Below the pieces are notes generated by a model. It did no database searches. It saw only the letters and a list, made by a program, of their open reading frames with translations, and was not told the DNA's origin. This document shows, in pieces, positions 34,816-47,346 of a DNA stretch of 64,000 nucleotides (its first letter is position 1; each line of letters begins with the position of its first letter). The position numbers and the translations under genes were made by a program. Source of the stretch: Octopus sinensis (taxonomy: Eukaryota); assembly GCF_006345805.1 (NCBI RefSeq), contig NC_043005.1, forward strand, positions 78,368,001-78,432,000. The letters run 5' to 3'.

Positions 34816-35839
34816 TGACGATAATGGTTTCAAATATTGGTGCCAGGCCTGAAATATCAGGGGACAGGGTCAAGTCGATTACAATGATTCCAGTACTTGA
34901 TTGATACTTACTTTATTGACTCCGGAAGGATGAAGGGCAAAGTCATCTTCGGTGGAATTTGAACTCAAAATGTAAGGAGACAAAATGCTGCTAAGCAGTT
35001 TGTGCAGCCTGCTAACGGTTCTGTCTGCTTGCCACTTTTTTAAAAATCAGGGCTATGGAGTCGAAACAAAAAATTTCAAACTCACTACCTCATGATTGTG
35101 AGCCTGACTCTCTAACCACTGAACCATGTGCCTTCATATATATGTGTCCGTATGTATGTGCGTGCGTGTCTTTGTGTCAGTGTTCATCTCTCACCACCAC
35201 TTGACAACCACTGATGGTTTGTTTATGTCCCTTAACAGTTCAGCAGAAAAAGACCAGTAGAATAACAGACCAAAACAACAACAAAAAAAGAAAAAAAAAA
35301 TGAAGCAGAAAATAAGTCCTAGGGTCAATTCGTTCAGGGAAATCTCTTCAAGGTAGTGCCCCAGCATGGCCACTATTCAATGACTGAAACGAGTAAAAAA
35401 AAAATAAGAGAAATTAGAAATTTCCATTAAAGTTTCATGTTAATTAATGTTTCACACATCAGCTTAATAAGCACAAAATTTTATTAAATGCTTCGTTATT
35501 CTCTAAATTAATTGATGTAAAATCCGTGTATTTCAGCTAAAATATAGTAGCAAAAGGGTTGAAAGAAAACGACAACAACAACAACAATAATAATAATAAT
35601 AATAATGATAATAATAATAATGATAAGCCTGTAGATAAGAGGCCTGTCGATCATGCTTGCTAAATTTACAGTCTTATCTGCCTTTCAACAAATTTCCAAA
35701 GAGACAGTTGTTTAAAAAAGAACAGTAATAATAATGATAACAATAATAATAATAATAATAATAAAACACCTGATGTTGTGAAATGTGACAAATAGCCATT
35801 TATTGTTCAATTTTGTTTAATATACATCCATTTATAAGC

Positions 35840-35969
35840 AATTTGTTATGTGTATGTATGTATGTATGTATATATGTGTGTGTGTATGTATGTGTATATA
35901 TATATGCACATAGATGTATATGTATATATATATATACACACAACACATATCTACATACATACATATATA

Positions 35970-36009
<40 letters not shown>

Positions 36010-36372
36010 CACATACATGGATATACATGTATATGTATTTATGTGTATATGTGTGTGTGTGTGTGTGTGTATTTATATATGTGTGTATATGTGTATATAT
36101 ATATCTATGTATATGTGTGTATGTGTGTTTATATGTATGTATATGTGTGTATATATGTATATATATATGTGTGTGTATGTGTGTTTATATGTATATATAT
36201 ATGTGTGTGTATGTGTGTTTATATGTATATATATGTGTGTGTGTGTATGTGTATATCTATATATGTACGTGTGTGTGCATTTATGTATATGTGTGTTATA
36301 TATACGTGTGTGTGCACACGCATATATATGTATTAGTGTATGTGCATAGATATATTTATATCTATCTATCTA

Positions 36373-36405
<33 letters not shown>

Positions 36406-36470
36406 GTGTGTGTATATAATATACCTATATATATGTATGTATGTATATATATATATGTGTGTGAGTGCAT
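35840..36470. repeat. Compound (TA)/(TG) microsatellite
   Basis: Directly visible. Confidence 0.97.
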
Positions 36471-37207
36471 ATGTATAAAAGTTCAAGATTTCATAAGTTT
36501 GATGGTAAAAAGAAACAGGAGGAATATTACTGAGTGAACACGAGAGTTCTATTTAATTAGAGATGAATAAGTATACACACCATTATATACATTTCCTTTT
36601 TCATTTCTCTTTTTTTTCTTTTTGACTTAAACATACATTTGTTATCATCACAGTGTATATGTGAGAATGAATGAGAGCAGAAGCTGTATATATTAGTACA
36701 CAGTATATTAGTATATATATATATTAGTGTTAGGCTTTACATGTGATATAAACAATTCTGAATGTTGTAAAAAAAAAACCTATTTTTCTCGGTGTAACAC
36801 TAGTAGTCCTTTTCCTGTGTTCTCAGGCTTTTTATTTTGTTTAGTATCGCATTCACGCATATACACACACGCTATTATCTTTAATAATAGTTATAAGTCT
36901 TTCTATTTTTATAATAATAATAATAGTAATAATAATAATAATGTTTATATGTACATAACTAATTATTAATATACACGTATGTATGTATTATTGTGATGTT
37001 GGACTGCAGAGTCTTTGGCGACATGCAATCTCGGAGAATGTTTTACGAAATAGTTGGAATGGTAAAAGAAATATTAAGATGAAGACTATTTCAGAGTAGA
37101 CATGAAATAGCTACGGTGTTTCCATTACTTTGTTATTATTTATGTCTGTTACTTTGGTAGGATTTCAATGAGAATATATTTCATCCAGTCTCTTTTTCAT
37201 GCATATG

Positions 37208-37259
<52 letters not shown>

Positions 37260-37453
37260 ATATACACACACGCACACACACATACACCTGCATGCATGTA
37301 TGTATGCATGTGTGTGTATATTTATAAAAACACACACACTTGCATTCATAGATGTATGTATATATACACAAATGCATGTATATATCTGTATATACATACA
37401 TATGTATATACACACACCAACACACCTGCATATGTGTGTATATATTATATATA

Positions 37454-37630
37454 GGGGGAGAATTCACGAAAAAAGCAAATGATGAAGACAGGTGGTGTAG
37501 AAAACAAACAGATGTATTAGTACAACGCTCAGGAATTGAAAAAGTCTTTTATGTTTCAAGCCTACTCTCTTCTACAGAAAGGAACACAGAAAGAAACAAG
37601 GAGAGAAAAAAATGTGTGTAGTGGCTACCG
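37454..37630 (-). mobile_element. Dispersed repeat family G, copy 2 (hammerhead-like motif at 37546-37581)
   Basis: Colinear with 21767-21950. Confidence 0.8.
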
Positions 37631-37633
37631 ATC

Positions 37634-37683
<50 letters not shown>

Positions 37684-38894
37684 ATGCACACACACATTAA
37701 TACATACATATATACACACAAAGTTGGAAAGACTCCACACACTGTTGCTGAGTTTCATATAAATGATCATCAGACAGTCATGGCACTACAGTTTTAATCT
37801 ACGTTTGGTATTTGACTACAGCTCTTTCCCTGCCTTGTTTCACACACGTAAGCTCTCTTGTTTGCGTGTGTGTGTGTGTGTGGTGCAGGTGTAGCTTTGT
37901 GGTTAAGATGTTTACTTCTCAACCACAATATACAATCATACGTTTCCACCTCATGAGTTTCCTGCTCAATGTTAACTTTGACATTCATCTTTTTGAGGTT
38001 GGTGAATAAATGACCATTCTTCATTTCATCCCAGATATTCTTCTCCGTATGTCTCTTCCCATTGTTTTTCTATATAGCTTTTCAAATATATTATCTTGTG
38101 GACCCCTTATGGCTTGTTTACCCTAAAATAATTTCGCAGCAAGTTTTGAAAATATGCTGTTATCTTTTATCTTTTCTTGTTTCAATCATTAGATCGGGCC
38201 CATGCTGGGGCACAGCCTTGAAGAAATTTTAGTTGAATGAAACAAACCCAGTACTATTTTTTTTAAAAACCTGATACTTATTCTATTGATCACTTTTGCC
38301 AATCCGCTAAGTTACAGGGATGTAAACACACCAACTAGTTGTCAAGCAGTGGTGGTGGGACAAACACAGGTGCAAAGACACAGATATATATGACAGGCCT
38401 CTTTCAGTTTCCCTCTGCCAAATCCACTCACAAGGCTTTTGGTCGGCCCAGGGCTATAGCAGAAGACACTTGCCCTAGGTGCCATGCAGTGGGATTAAAC
38501 CAGGGACCATGTGGCTGGGAAGGTTCTTAGTGCACAGCCATGCCCGATTAATTTATTAACGTGTTCCAAGATGTATAATTTTTCTCAACGAGTTATATAC
38601 TGCAACAATAAACTCTGGATAATGAATGATACTTGAATATTTTTGATCAGAGAATTTGTTGGTTCCAACTAAAGCTGATGAGGCCCAATTAGATTGAAGT
38701 CTTAATCCTTGGGATGTTAGTCATGCGTGTTCTCTGTTGGCTCATAACAGCAGTGGGTCATAGCTATAACCTCAGATGCTCTACCCTTTGGCATTCGGAT
38801 TGTTCTGTCAAATGTGATGCTAATATATTCACATTGTTTTGAATTAATCACACATTGTCTTGTAGCTTCAAGATTTCAATGATGCTCTCTCTCT

Positions 38895-39304
38895 CTCTTT
38901 TACTCTTTTACTTGTTTCAGTCATTTGACTGCGGCCATGCTGGAGCACCGCCTTTAATCGAGCAACTCGACCCTGGGACTTATTCTTTTCTAAGCCCAGT
39001 ACTTATTCTATCGGTCTCTTTTGCCGAACCGCTAAGTAACGGGGATGTAAACACACCAGCATTGGTTGTCAAGCAATGCTAGGGGACAAACACAGACACA
39101 CAAACACACACACGCACATATATATATATACATATATACGATGGACTTCTTTCAGTTTCCGTCTACCAAATCCACTCACAAGGCTTTGGTCGGCCCGAGG
39201 CTATAGTAGAAGACACTTGCCCAAGGTTCCACGCAGTGGGACTGAACCCGGAATGATGTGGTTGGTAGACAAGCTACTTACCACACAGCCACTCTTGCGC
39301 CTAT
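38895..39304 (-). mobile_element. Full-length SINE family B inserted into a family I MITE
   Basis: Complete reverse complement of B. The flanks (38750-38885 and 39305-39425) are halves of the I MITE. Confidence 0.9.
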
Positions 39305-40203
39305 GTATATGCGTTTGTATATTTTTTAGAATATGTGAGAATATGCAAGAGAGTGGATCTGGTTAGTTTGAACATAAAACGGGTAGAATATTTTGTTACT
39401 AATCCGGGTAGAATATTTTGTTACCAATAGTGTTGGCGGCTGGCTATGAAACTCAAACTTACACCTCCGTGATTACGCGTCGTGGTTCTCTGAACCAATT
39501 AAGCTAAACTGCCCATACCACAAATTCTTCTGCAAATTTAAGATATATAGAAATCTTGCTTTATGAGACGCTATCATACATTAAAATTCAAATTACGATG
39601 AACGTAAACAAACAAACGAAGTTTGCTTTAGAAGCATTTAGATATCTTAGAAAGTTAAAGAAGTGATTTTGTATGTGTGTGTATACTAACGCATGCATTT
39701 CCACAATTCTCAACTGATTTTCACTTAACTTTACACATACATTACTTATGTCCTGAGGTTGGTCATGCACTATAACATTTTACCCAGAGTTCCTGCATAA
39801 ATGCACATAGTTTTTTGTATGTAGGATCTTCCATATTTCTTAAATCTTTTTATAAAAGTGAAAAGATTTTGTTTGTTTATTTCCATCTGCCACGGTCATT
39901 AAATTGACTATGAACACTGTAGGTGATACATATCAAATACCAAACAATCTTAATCTCCATATTTAAACTGCATCAAACTTTGGCAAGCTTACCTTTACCT
40001 ATTCTCAGTTACTTGGAAGGTGATTAGAAATATTGCATTTCTAAATCTCTCAGAGATTTATACAGTAGCAGCACAATAAAGTGATGGTATGTTGCCAACT
40101 TAATATAGCAGTCCCATGAAAGGGAAGAATGCTACTGCTATTTAGCCCTAGGAAACACTGTTTCTAGTTGGCTATGACACATTTTCTGTGTCCTTATGTT
40201 TTC

Positions 40204-40453
40204 AAAGAGGTGAGATAAGCACCTCGACCTGGCAAAGCCAGCTAATTATCGAAATCAGAGAATGTATTCTAGTCCAGTACTGAATCTATCCCAAGATTTA
40301 ATCATTTTGTGCCAGTCACGAGGCCAAACATCCCTGAAAGTTTCACCAGAATCCATCCAGCGGTTCTTGAGATATCTTGTCCACGGACAAACATGCAAAC
40401 AAACAAACACAACTGAAAACAATACCTTTGCCTTTGCTATGGTGGAGGTAACA
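40204..40453 (+). mobile_element. Helentron/HINE-like non-autonomous element
   Basis: 5' hairpin GAGGTG-AGATAAG-CACCTC, core CCCTGAAAGTTTCACCAGAATCCATCCAGCGGTTCTTGAGATATC, a (CAAA)n tract and the 3' end ATACCTTTGCC...GGTGGAGGTAAC. Confidence 0.6.
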
Positions 40454-40473
40454 ATGACAATAGTAATAATAAT

Positions 40474-40720
40474 CATTTAATGTCCGCTTTCCATGCTAGC
40501 ATGGGTTGGATGATTTGACTGAGGACTGGTGAGGACTGCACCAGACTCCAATCTGATCTGGCAGAGTTTCTACATCTGGATGCCCTTCCTAATGCCAACC
40601 ACTCCGAGAATATAGTGAGTGCTTTTTACATGCCACCAGCATGAGGGCCAGTCAGGCAGTACTGGCAACGGCCATGCTCAAATGGTGTTTTTTATGTGCC
40701 ACCTGCACAGGAGCCAGCAC
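40474..40720 (-). mobile_element. Family C repeat
   Basis: Reverse complement of the C 3' end plus two units. Confidence 0.85.
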
Positions 40721-42345
40721 CAGTGGGGTTGTCAAGTACTTTGCCAGACAGCAAACAACAAGAAAAAGAAAAGCTGTCTCAACTAAATGGTGGGGATAGT
40801 GTTTGAGAATGTAGGTGTTGGGGCCAGATTTTATGCCAAGGACTACCTGAGATGTCTTGCTATAGAGTAGATACATATAGCTATCCTGCGTTTATATAAG
40901 GGTAGGTGGGAGTTTTAGGGGAGAGGTAAGATAGCAGTGACGCATTACAAGAGCAAATGCTATCAAAAGAAGTTAAAAACAAACGAAAAAAAGTAACATG
41001 GCAGAGAAATTAAAAGAAAATAGTGTCTTTTGTCATTCCATGTCCAATTTTTTTCCCCTTGTGCTAAAATATAGTTTAACTAAATTTAATAAAAATATTT
41101 TTTCTTGAAATGTTAACTTTATTGTTGTCTAACTTAATATTTTCTTAAACTACTTTCTCATGTATACCACCAGCCTTAGGCAAAATGGATTAATTCTTTC
41201 ATGACAACATTGCAAATGAAATACACTGCTTTTATGTGGTTCTACTAATTTCAAAATAAAATTATTTAAAAGATTTGGTTTGAGAAGGATTTAGTAAAAT
41301 AACTAAGCTTTATCATTAAAAGAAAATTTTTTTCCCCATTATTAATCTGATGTTTGGAACATAACTTAACAAAAGGTTCTTCCATAAAATTTATGACGGC
41401 TGCTTTTAATTTAAACATGAAGATTTTTATAAGAGTTGGTTTTGTATCAGGGTGCCTGGAGGCAATTTCAGGCAGGTTATTATGAAAAGAGTTAAGATGA
41501 TTCTTCTAAAGGCACCACACAATAACTCTGTCATAATTATCAACAGATTTCTACAGTTTTGCTAAACTAAAAATGTATTTTTGTGTAAAGAATATGAGAT
41601 TGTTTGGTTGCTTTTACAAGAAACATTGGTTGCAACTGGACATGGAAGAAAAAAAAAGAAAAGAAAAACCTTTCAAGAGGGGAGGAGGCATTGGAAGAGG
41701 AGATAAAAATACTTGTGTATGTGGATTCTGTTTCTTTCAATGCAAATCAATTTATTGTCATTGCAAACAACTATAGACGTTCCAGCCATGACCATCATTG
41801 TATTTTTTCTAAATGTCGTATATGCATGTGTGTGTGGGTGTGTATTATGGTTTGGTTTTATATCAGTTTATAGCGTCATTTAATGTCCACCTTCTATGCT
41901 AGCATGGGTGGGACAGTCTCACAAAAGTCTGCCAGGCAGAAGCCTGCACCAGACTTCTGTGACTGTTTTGGAAGGATTTTTACAGCTGGATGCCCTTCCT
42001 AACACCAACCCCTCAACAGAGTGACTTAGTGTTTTTTTTTGTGGCACAGGCACAGGTGAGGTCAGTTTTGGCAAGGTCTTTACAGCTGGATGCCCTTCCG
42101 AACACCAACCACTTTACAGTGTGGCCTGAATGCTTTTAAGTGGCACCTGCATTGACAGGGTCACCAAGTACTTGCATGACGAAAAAAAAAAGAAAAGAAA
42201 AACCTTTCAAGAGGGGAGGAGGCATTGGAAGAGGAGATAAAAACAATTTAACATTAGGGTGAAGAAGTACTCAATACTTTTTAATAAATTACATATTTGT
42301 TATACCGGTGACAGTGACTTCAAAGTTTCATGTGTGTATGTGTTT

Positions 42346-42380
<35 letters not shown>

Positions 42381-44131
42381 CACTTATGTACCGCGATGGT
42401 GCTGGTGCCATGTAAAAAGCACTGGTGATGGTGTCACGTAAAAAGAACTCAATACACTCTGTAAAAGTGGTTGGTTCTTGAAAGGGGACCCAAGCCAAAA
42501 CAGATGACTGGAGCCTGGTGCAGCCCTCTGACTTGCCAGCTCTTGTCAAACCATCCAACCTATGCCAGCATGGAAAACTTGTTAAATGAAGACAAATATG
42601 TATTTAGACATGGTTATAGGTGCAAGCATGCTTGTGTGCTTTAGAAATTAGCTTCACTACCCTGAGGTTTTGGGGTTCAAGCCTACTAAGTGAAATACAT
42701 GGAACCTTGGACAAGAGTCTTCTTCTGTAGCCTTGGACTAACCAAAGCCTTGCGAGTGAATTTGATTGAGAAGAGACATGTGTGTGTGTGTGTGTGTGTG
42801 CATGTATGTGTGTGTGTGTGTGTGTATTGTCTTGACATCATATGGAGATGTGTCACCTTCACACAAGCAATGTCATTAACTTAAGTCTTCTATGAAAATA
42901 TATCCAGCCACTTGCAAATATTACTATGCTTGGAAGCAGGCTGTAAAAAATCTGCCTCAATTAATTCCATCTGATCCATACAAGCAAGGAAAAAGCAGGC
43001 ATTAAAAATGATAATGATGATGGTTAATCATCATCGTTGTCGTCATTATTTAATGTCCCTTAAGGCAGCAAGGTGGCAGAATTGTTAGCACAATGGACAA
43101 AATGCTTAGCGGTATTTTGTCTGCTGCTACATTCTGAGTTCAAATTTCACCGAGGTCGACTTTGCCTTTCATCCTTTCGGGGCTGATAAATTTAGTAGCA
43201 GTGGAACACTGGGATCAATGTAATCGGCTGGTCCCCTCCCCCAAAATTTCAAGCTTTGTGTCTGCAGCAGAAAGGATTGTTTAATGTCCCTTTTTTCCAT
43301 ACTAACATGGGTCTGATGGCTTGACAAGTTTGAGATAAACCTAAGGGCTCTGCCAGATTCTATGTCTGCTTTGGTATAATTTTTTCTGCTGGATGCCCTT
43401 CGTAATGTCAACCCCTGAACAGAGTGTACTGGGTGCTTTTTAATCAGCTCTTTCTCTTTTTCTAATTATGATTTATAAGAAATCTGATATTTTTCAGAAA
43501 AAAAATTTGAAGTAGATCTATTCTGTGCCCCGCTCTTTTTCTTTTAGTATACCAATTTGAGTTTAATGAGCTGTATTGTATAACTTTTAATTAATTACTG
43601 TATTGCTAAGATTATATCTAATTTGGAAGAGAGTATTTGTTCTGCTATCACGTCATCATTATTGAAATAACTGTGTGCTGTTTTAAAAGTGAAAATAATC
43701 CATTCTACTATTGGTGCAGGCATGACTGTGTGCTAAACAATTTGCTTCCCAACCATAGGGTTCGGTGTTCAGGCTCACTATGTGGCACCTTGGGCAAGTG
43801 TCTTCTACTACAGCTTCAAGCTGACCAAAGCCTTGTGAGTGGGTTTGGTAGATGGAAACTGAAAGAAGTCTGGATGTATATATGTGAGTGTGGGTGTCTT
43901 TGTGTCTGTGATTTTTGTTCACCCCATCACTGTTTGACATTAGGTATTGGTGTGTTTACGTCCCTGTAACTTGGCAGTTCAGCAGCAGTGACCGATAGAG
44001 TAAGTCCTTAGTTTTAAAAAATACAAAGAAGTCCTGGGGTTGATTTGTTCGACTAAAATGCAAGGCAGTGTTCTAGCATGGCTGCAGTCAAATGACTGAA
44101 ACCTAAATGAATATATATATACATATATATA

Positions 44132-44584
44132 TGCCAGCGCCTCCACGACAATGCCAGCACCTCCCCGACTATGCCAGCGCCTCCCCGACTGGCTTCTGTG
44201 CCGGTGGCGCATGGAAAGCACCATCCGAACGTGGCCGATGCCAGCGCCGCTCTGACTGGCTTCTGTGCCAGTGGCACATAAAAAGCACCATCCAAACGTT
44301 GCCAGCGCCGCCTTGGCTGGCTTCCGTGCCGCTGGCACGTTAAAAGCTCCAACCGATCGTGGCCGATGCAGGACCCCCCCCCCTGGCACCTGTGCAGGTG
44401 GCACGTAAAAAGCACCCACTACACTCGCAGAGTGGTTGGCGTTAGGAAGGGCATCCAGCCGTAGAAACTCTGCCAGATCAAACTGGAGCCTGGAGCAGCC
44501 CCTGGCTTCCCAGACCCCGGTCGAACCGTCCAACCCGTGCTAGCGCGGAAAACGGACGTTAAACGATGATGATGATGATGATGA
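44132..44584 (+). mobile_element. Young family C copy inserted in (TA)n
   Basis: CpG-rich, little-decayed units, a complete 3' end and (GAT)n. Flanked by (AT)n on both sides. Confidence 0.9.
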
Positions 44585-45839
44585 TATATATATATATATA
44601 TATTTGCAGGGAGTTCAAATCAATTACATCGACCCCAGTGCTCAACTGGCATTTATTTTATCAGCCCCAAAAGAAATGAAGGGTAAAGTCGAGCTCAGCA
44701 GAATGTGAACTCAGGGCATAAGTCCTGACGAAATGCTACCCAGCATTTTACCTGGTGTGCTCAAAATTCCGCCAACTCGCCAATTCTTTCTACTCTCGGC
44801 ACAAGACCTGAAATTTCGGGGAAGGCCTGGTCTGTTGCCCTGACTCCCCACTGCTTGACTTGTACTTTATTTTTTATTGGCCCCTGAAGTATAAATGTTA
44901 AGTCCGACTGATTTGTAGTATAAGGCTTGTAATTTTGTGAGGATGAGGCAACTGAATTAATACATCAGCTGTCTTATTTTATGGACCCCCTCTCCAAAAA
45001 AAAAAAAAAAGCCGATGTCAGGCAAAGTCGACCTTGGTGGGATTTGAACTCGCGAAGGGAAAGTAATGATGGCGATGGTTGTGGTGTTTGTGGTGGTAGT
45101 TTAATTATTATACTAAAGCCACCTATTTAATACGGTAATTATAATGACTACTTAAAATAATGTTAATTACATTGATAAATAAATCAACAAATTGATTAAT
45201 TAATTAATTCTTTATGAAAATAAAATATTTTTAATGGTTCAACTCCAGGGGGTTTCACATAAAAATATAAAACGCGCCGAAAATCTGTTGAAGAATTTTG
45301 TTTAATTAACCAAAAGAAAAAGACACCTAAGAGTTCTCTCCCTTGCACTTGTTATTGTCAACTTGCGACTTATTTGAACGTAGCGACAACTGCCCCGTTT
45401 TATAAAGGCTGGATTCTTTAGTCATTCAGTCGGGCTTTTGTCGAGCTAGAAAATTTATGGACAGGGATTTTTTTCTTTTTGTCAAAGGCATCAGTTTATC
45501 TAGAAAGTCTTTGGTGAAAAAAAAACACTTTATTTTTTTGTCTTCTCAACCTTCGATCGCACGCACACACACACACACTTCAATGGTTCATAACGTGCAC
45601 GTTTTTTTGTTTTTTTGAAAATTGTCCCAGAAACAAATCTACCTTCATTTTATAAGGCTTGTAATTTTGTGTGGATGAGGCAACTGAATTACACATCATC
45701 TATCTTATTTAGAGTAGTGGCAGATGGTGGGTCAAGAATGGACTTTTCAAAATTGTGGTTTGTCTTTAAAGCGTGTGTGCACCTTCATCATCGTTACAAT
45801 CCCAACTCTTCACCCTCCTCTCGCTTTTCTGTAAATTTC

Positions 45840-45873
<34 letters not shown>

Positions 45874-45942
45874 CAACCAAAGATGTTATATAGAAGTATG
45901 TGTTGGTGCCTGATGTGTAAGTTAGTGAGGTAATAATACTTT

Positions 45943-45944
45943 TA

Positions 45945-45981
<37 letters not shown>

Positions 45982-46620
45982 TCTTTCAGTTTCCGTCTAC
46001 CAAATGCACTCACAAAGGCTTTGGCCGGCCCCAGGCTATAGTAGAAGACACTTGCCCAAGGTGCCACACAGTGGGACTGAACCTGCAACCATGTGTGTGT
46101 GTCTGTGTTTGTGTGTATGTTTGTCCCCCCCCCCACCATCGTTTGACAACTGATGCTAATGTGTTTATGTCTCCGTAACTTAGTGGTTCGGCAAAAGAGA
46201 CCGATAGAATAAGTACTAGGCTTACAAAGAATAAGTCCTGGGGTTGAGATTTGTTTGACTAAAGGTGGTGCTCCAGCATGGCTGCAGTCAAATGACTGAA
46301 ACAAGTAAAAGAATATATATTTTTATTTATATTCTATTATTCTTTTCATGGACTGCAGCCATGCTGGAGCACCACCTTTAGTGAAACAAATCGACCCCAT
46401 AACTTATTCTTTGTAAGCCTGGTACTTATTCTATCAGTCTCTTTTGCTGAACTACTTAGTTATGGAGGTGTAGACAAACAAACACTGGTTGTCAAGCCGT
46501 GGTGGTGGACATACACAGATGGAAACACACACCTCACAGACACACACACACATGATGGGCTTCTTTCAAACTCCATCTACTAAATCCACTGACAAGGCTT
46601 TGGTTAGCCTGAGGCAATTT
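45943..46620. mobile_element. Cluster of family B halves in alternating orientation
   Basis: B 5' half on minus (45985-46092), B 3' half on plus (46093-46313), B on minus (46340-46620). Confidence 0.8.
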
Positions 46621-46834
46621 CTGACTTGATAATTAACTCACAGCTGAGAAGGGACCCTAGCAAGTGCTACAGATCCAACTCAGAGTAGACCTGAAAACAA
46701 TATTTCCTAAGAGATCTGACTACACGTCCTCAAAATCCTGCAACTCTTGGCCCAGAGTCCAACTACCAAATGCAGTTTAACATCATACCCTGCACTATAA
46801 GCAAAATAAATATTAAGACTTAGCAAAAACGTTA

Positions 46835-47241
46835 ATAGGCATAGGAGTGGCTGTGTGGTAAGTAGCTTGCTTACGAACCACATGGTTCCGGGTTCAGTCC
46901 CACTGCGTGGCACCTTGGGCAAGTGTCTTCTACTATAGCCTCGGGCTGACCAAAGCTTTGTGAGTGGATTCAGTAGATGGAAACTGAAAGAAGCCTGTCA
47001 TATATATATATATGTATGTATGTATGTATGTGTGTGTGTGTGTGTGTGTCCGTGTTTGTCACCCCCAACATCGCTTGACTGGCGTGTTTATGTCCTTGTA
47101 ACTTAGCGTTTCGGCAAAAGAGACCGATAGAATAAGTACTAGGCTTCCAAAGAATAAGTCCTGGGGCCGATTTGCTTGTCTAAAGGCGGTGCTCCGGCAT
47201 GGCCACTGTCAAATAACTGAAACAAGTAAAAGAGTAAAGAG
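46835..47241 (+). mobile_element. Full-length SINE family B ending 32 nt before the UGGT acceptor at 47273
   Basis: ATAGGCATAGGAGTGGCTGTGTGGTAAGTAGC...GAAACAAGTAAAAGAGTAAAGAG. Confidence 0.92.
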
Positions 47242-47273
47242 TATATTTTTGCTTTTTTTTTTTTTATTTACAG

Positions 47274-47346
47274 CTACAAGATCCTCTTCCTTGATGTGTT
47301 ATTCCCATTGAATGTGAAGAAAATCATATTTGTTGATGCTGATCAG
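47274..47346 (+). CDS. UGGT: UGGT coding exon ([25 protein letters not shown]) containing the DxD motif
   Basis: T-tract plus TTTACAG| acceptor and CAG|GTAAGT donor. Phase 2 matches exon 20863. [11 protein letters not shown]...FVDADQ is diagnostic of UGGT/GT24. Confidence 0.98.

Larger units (their letters stand above)
20864..47273 (+). other. 26.4-kb UGGT intron
   Basis: The flanking exons join in frame as IIW-G-YKIL, so no UGGT residues appear missing between them. Confidence 0.9.

Noticed and set aside
38675-38700. CTGATGAG as a hammerhead core (also CTGATGA at about 12900 and 31945)
   Set aside because: No stem II followed by GAAA, and no closing helices.
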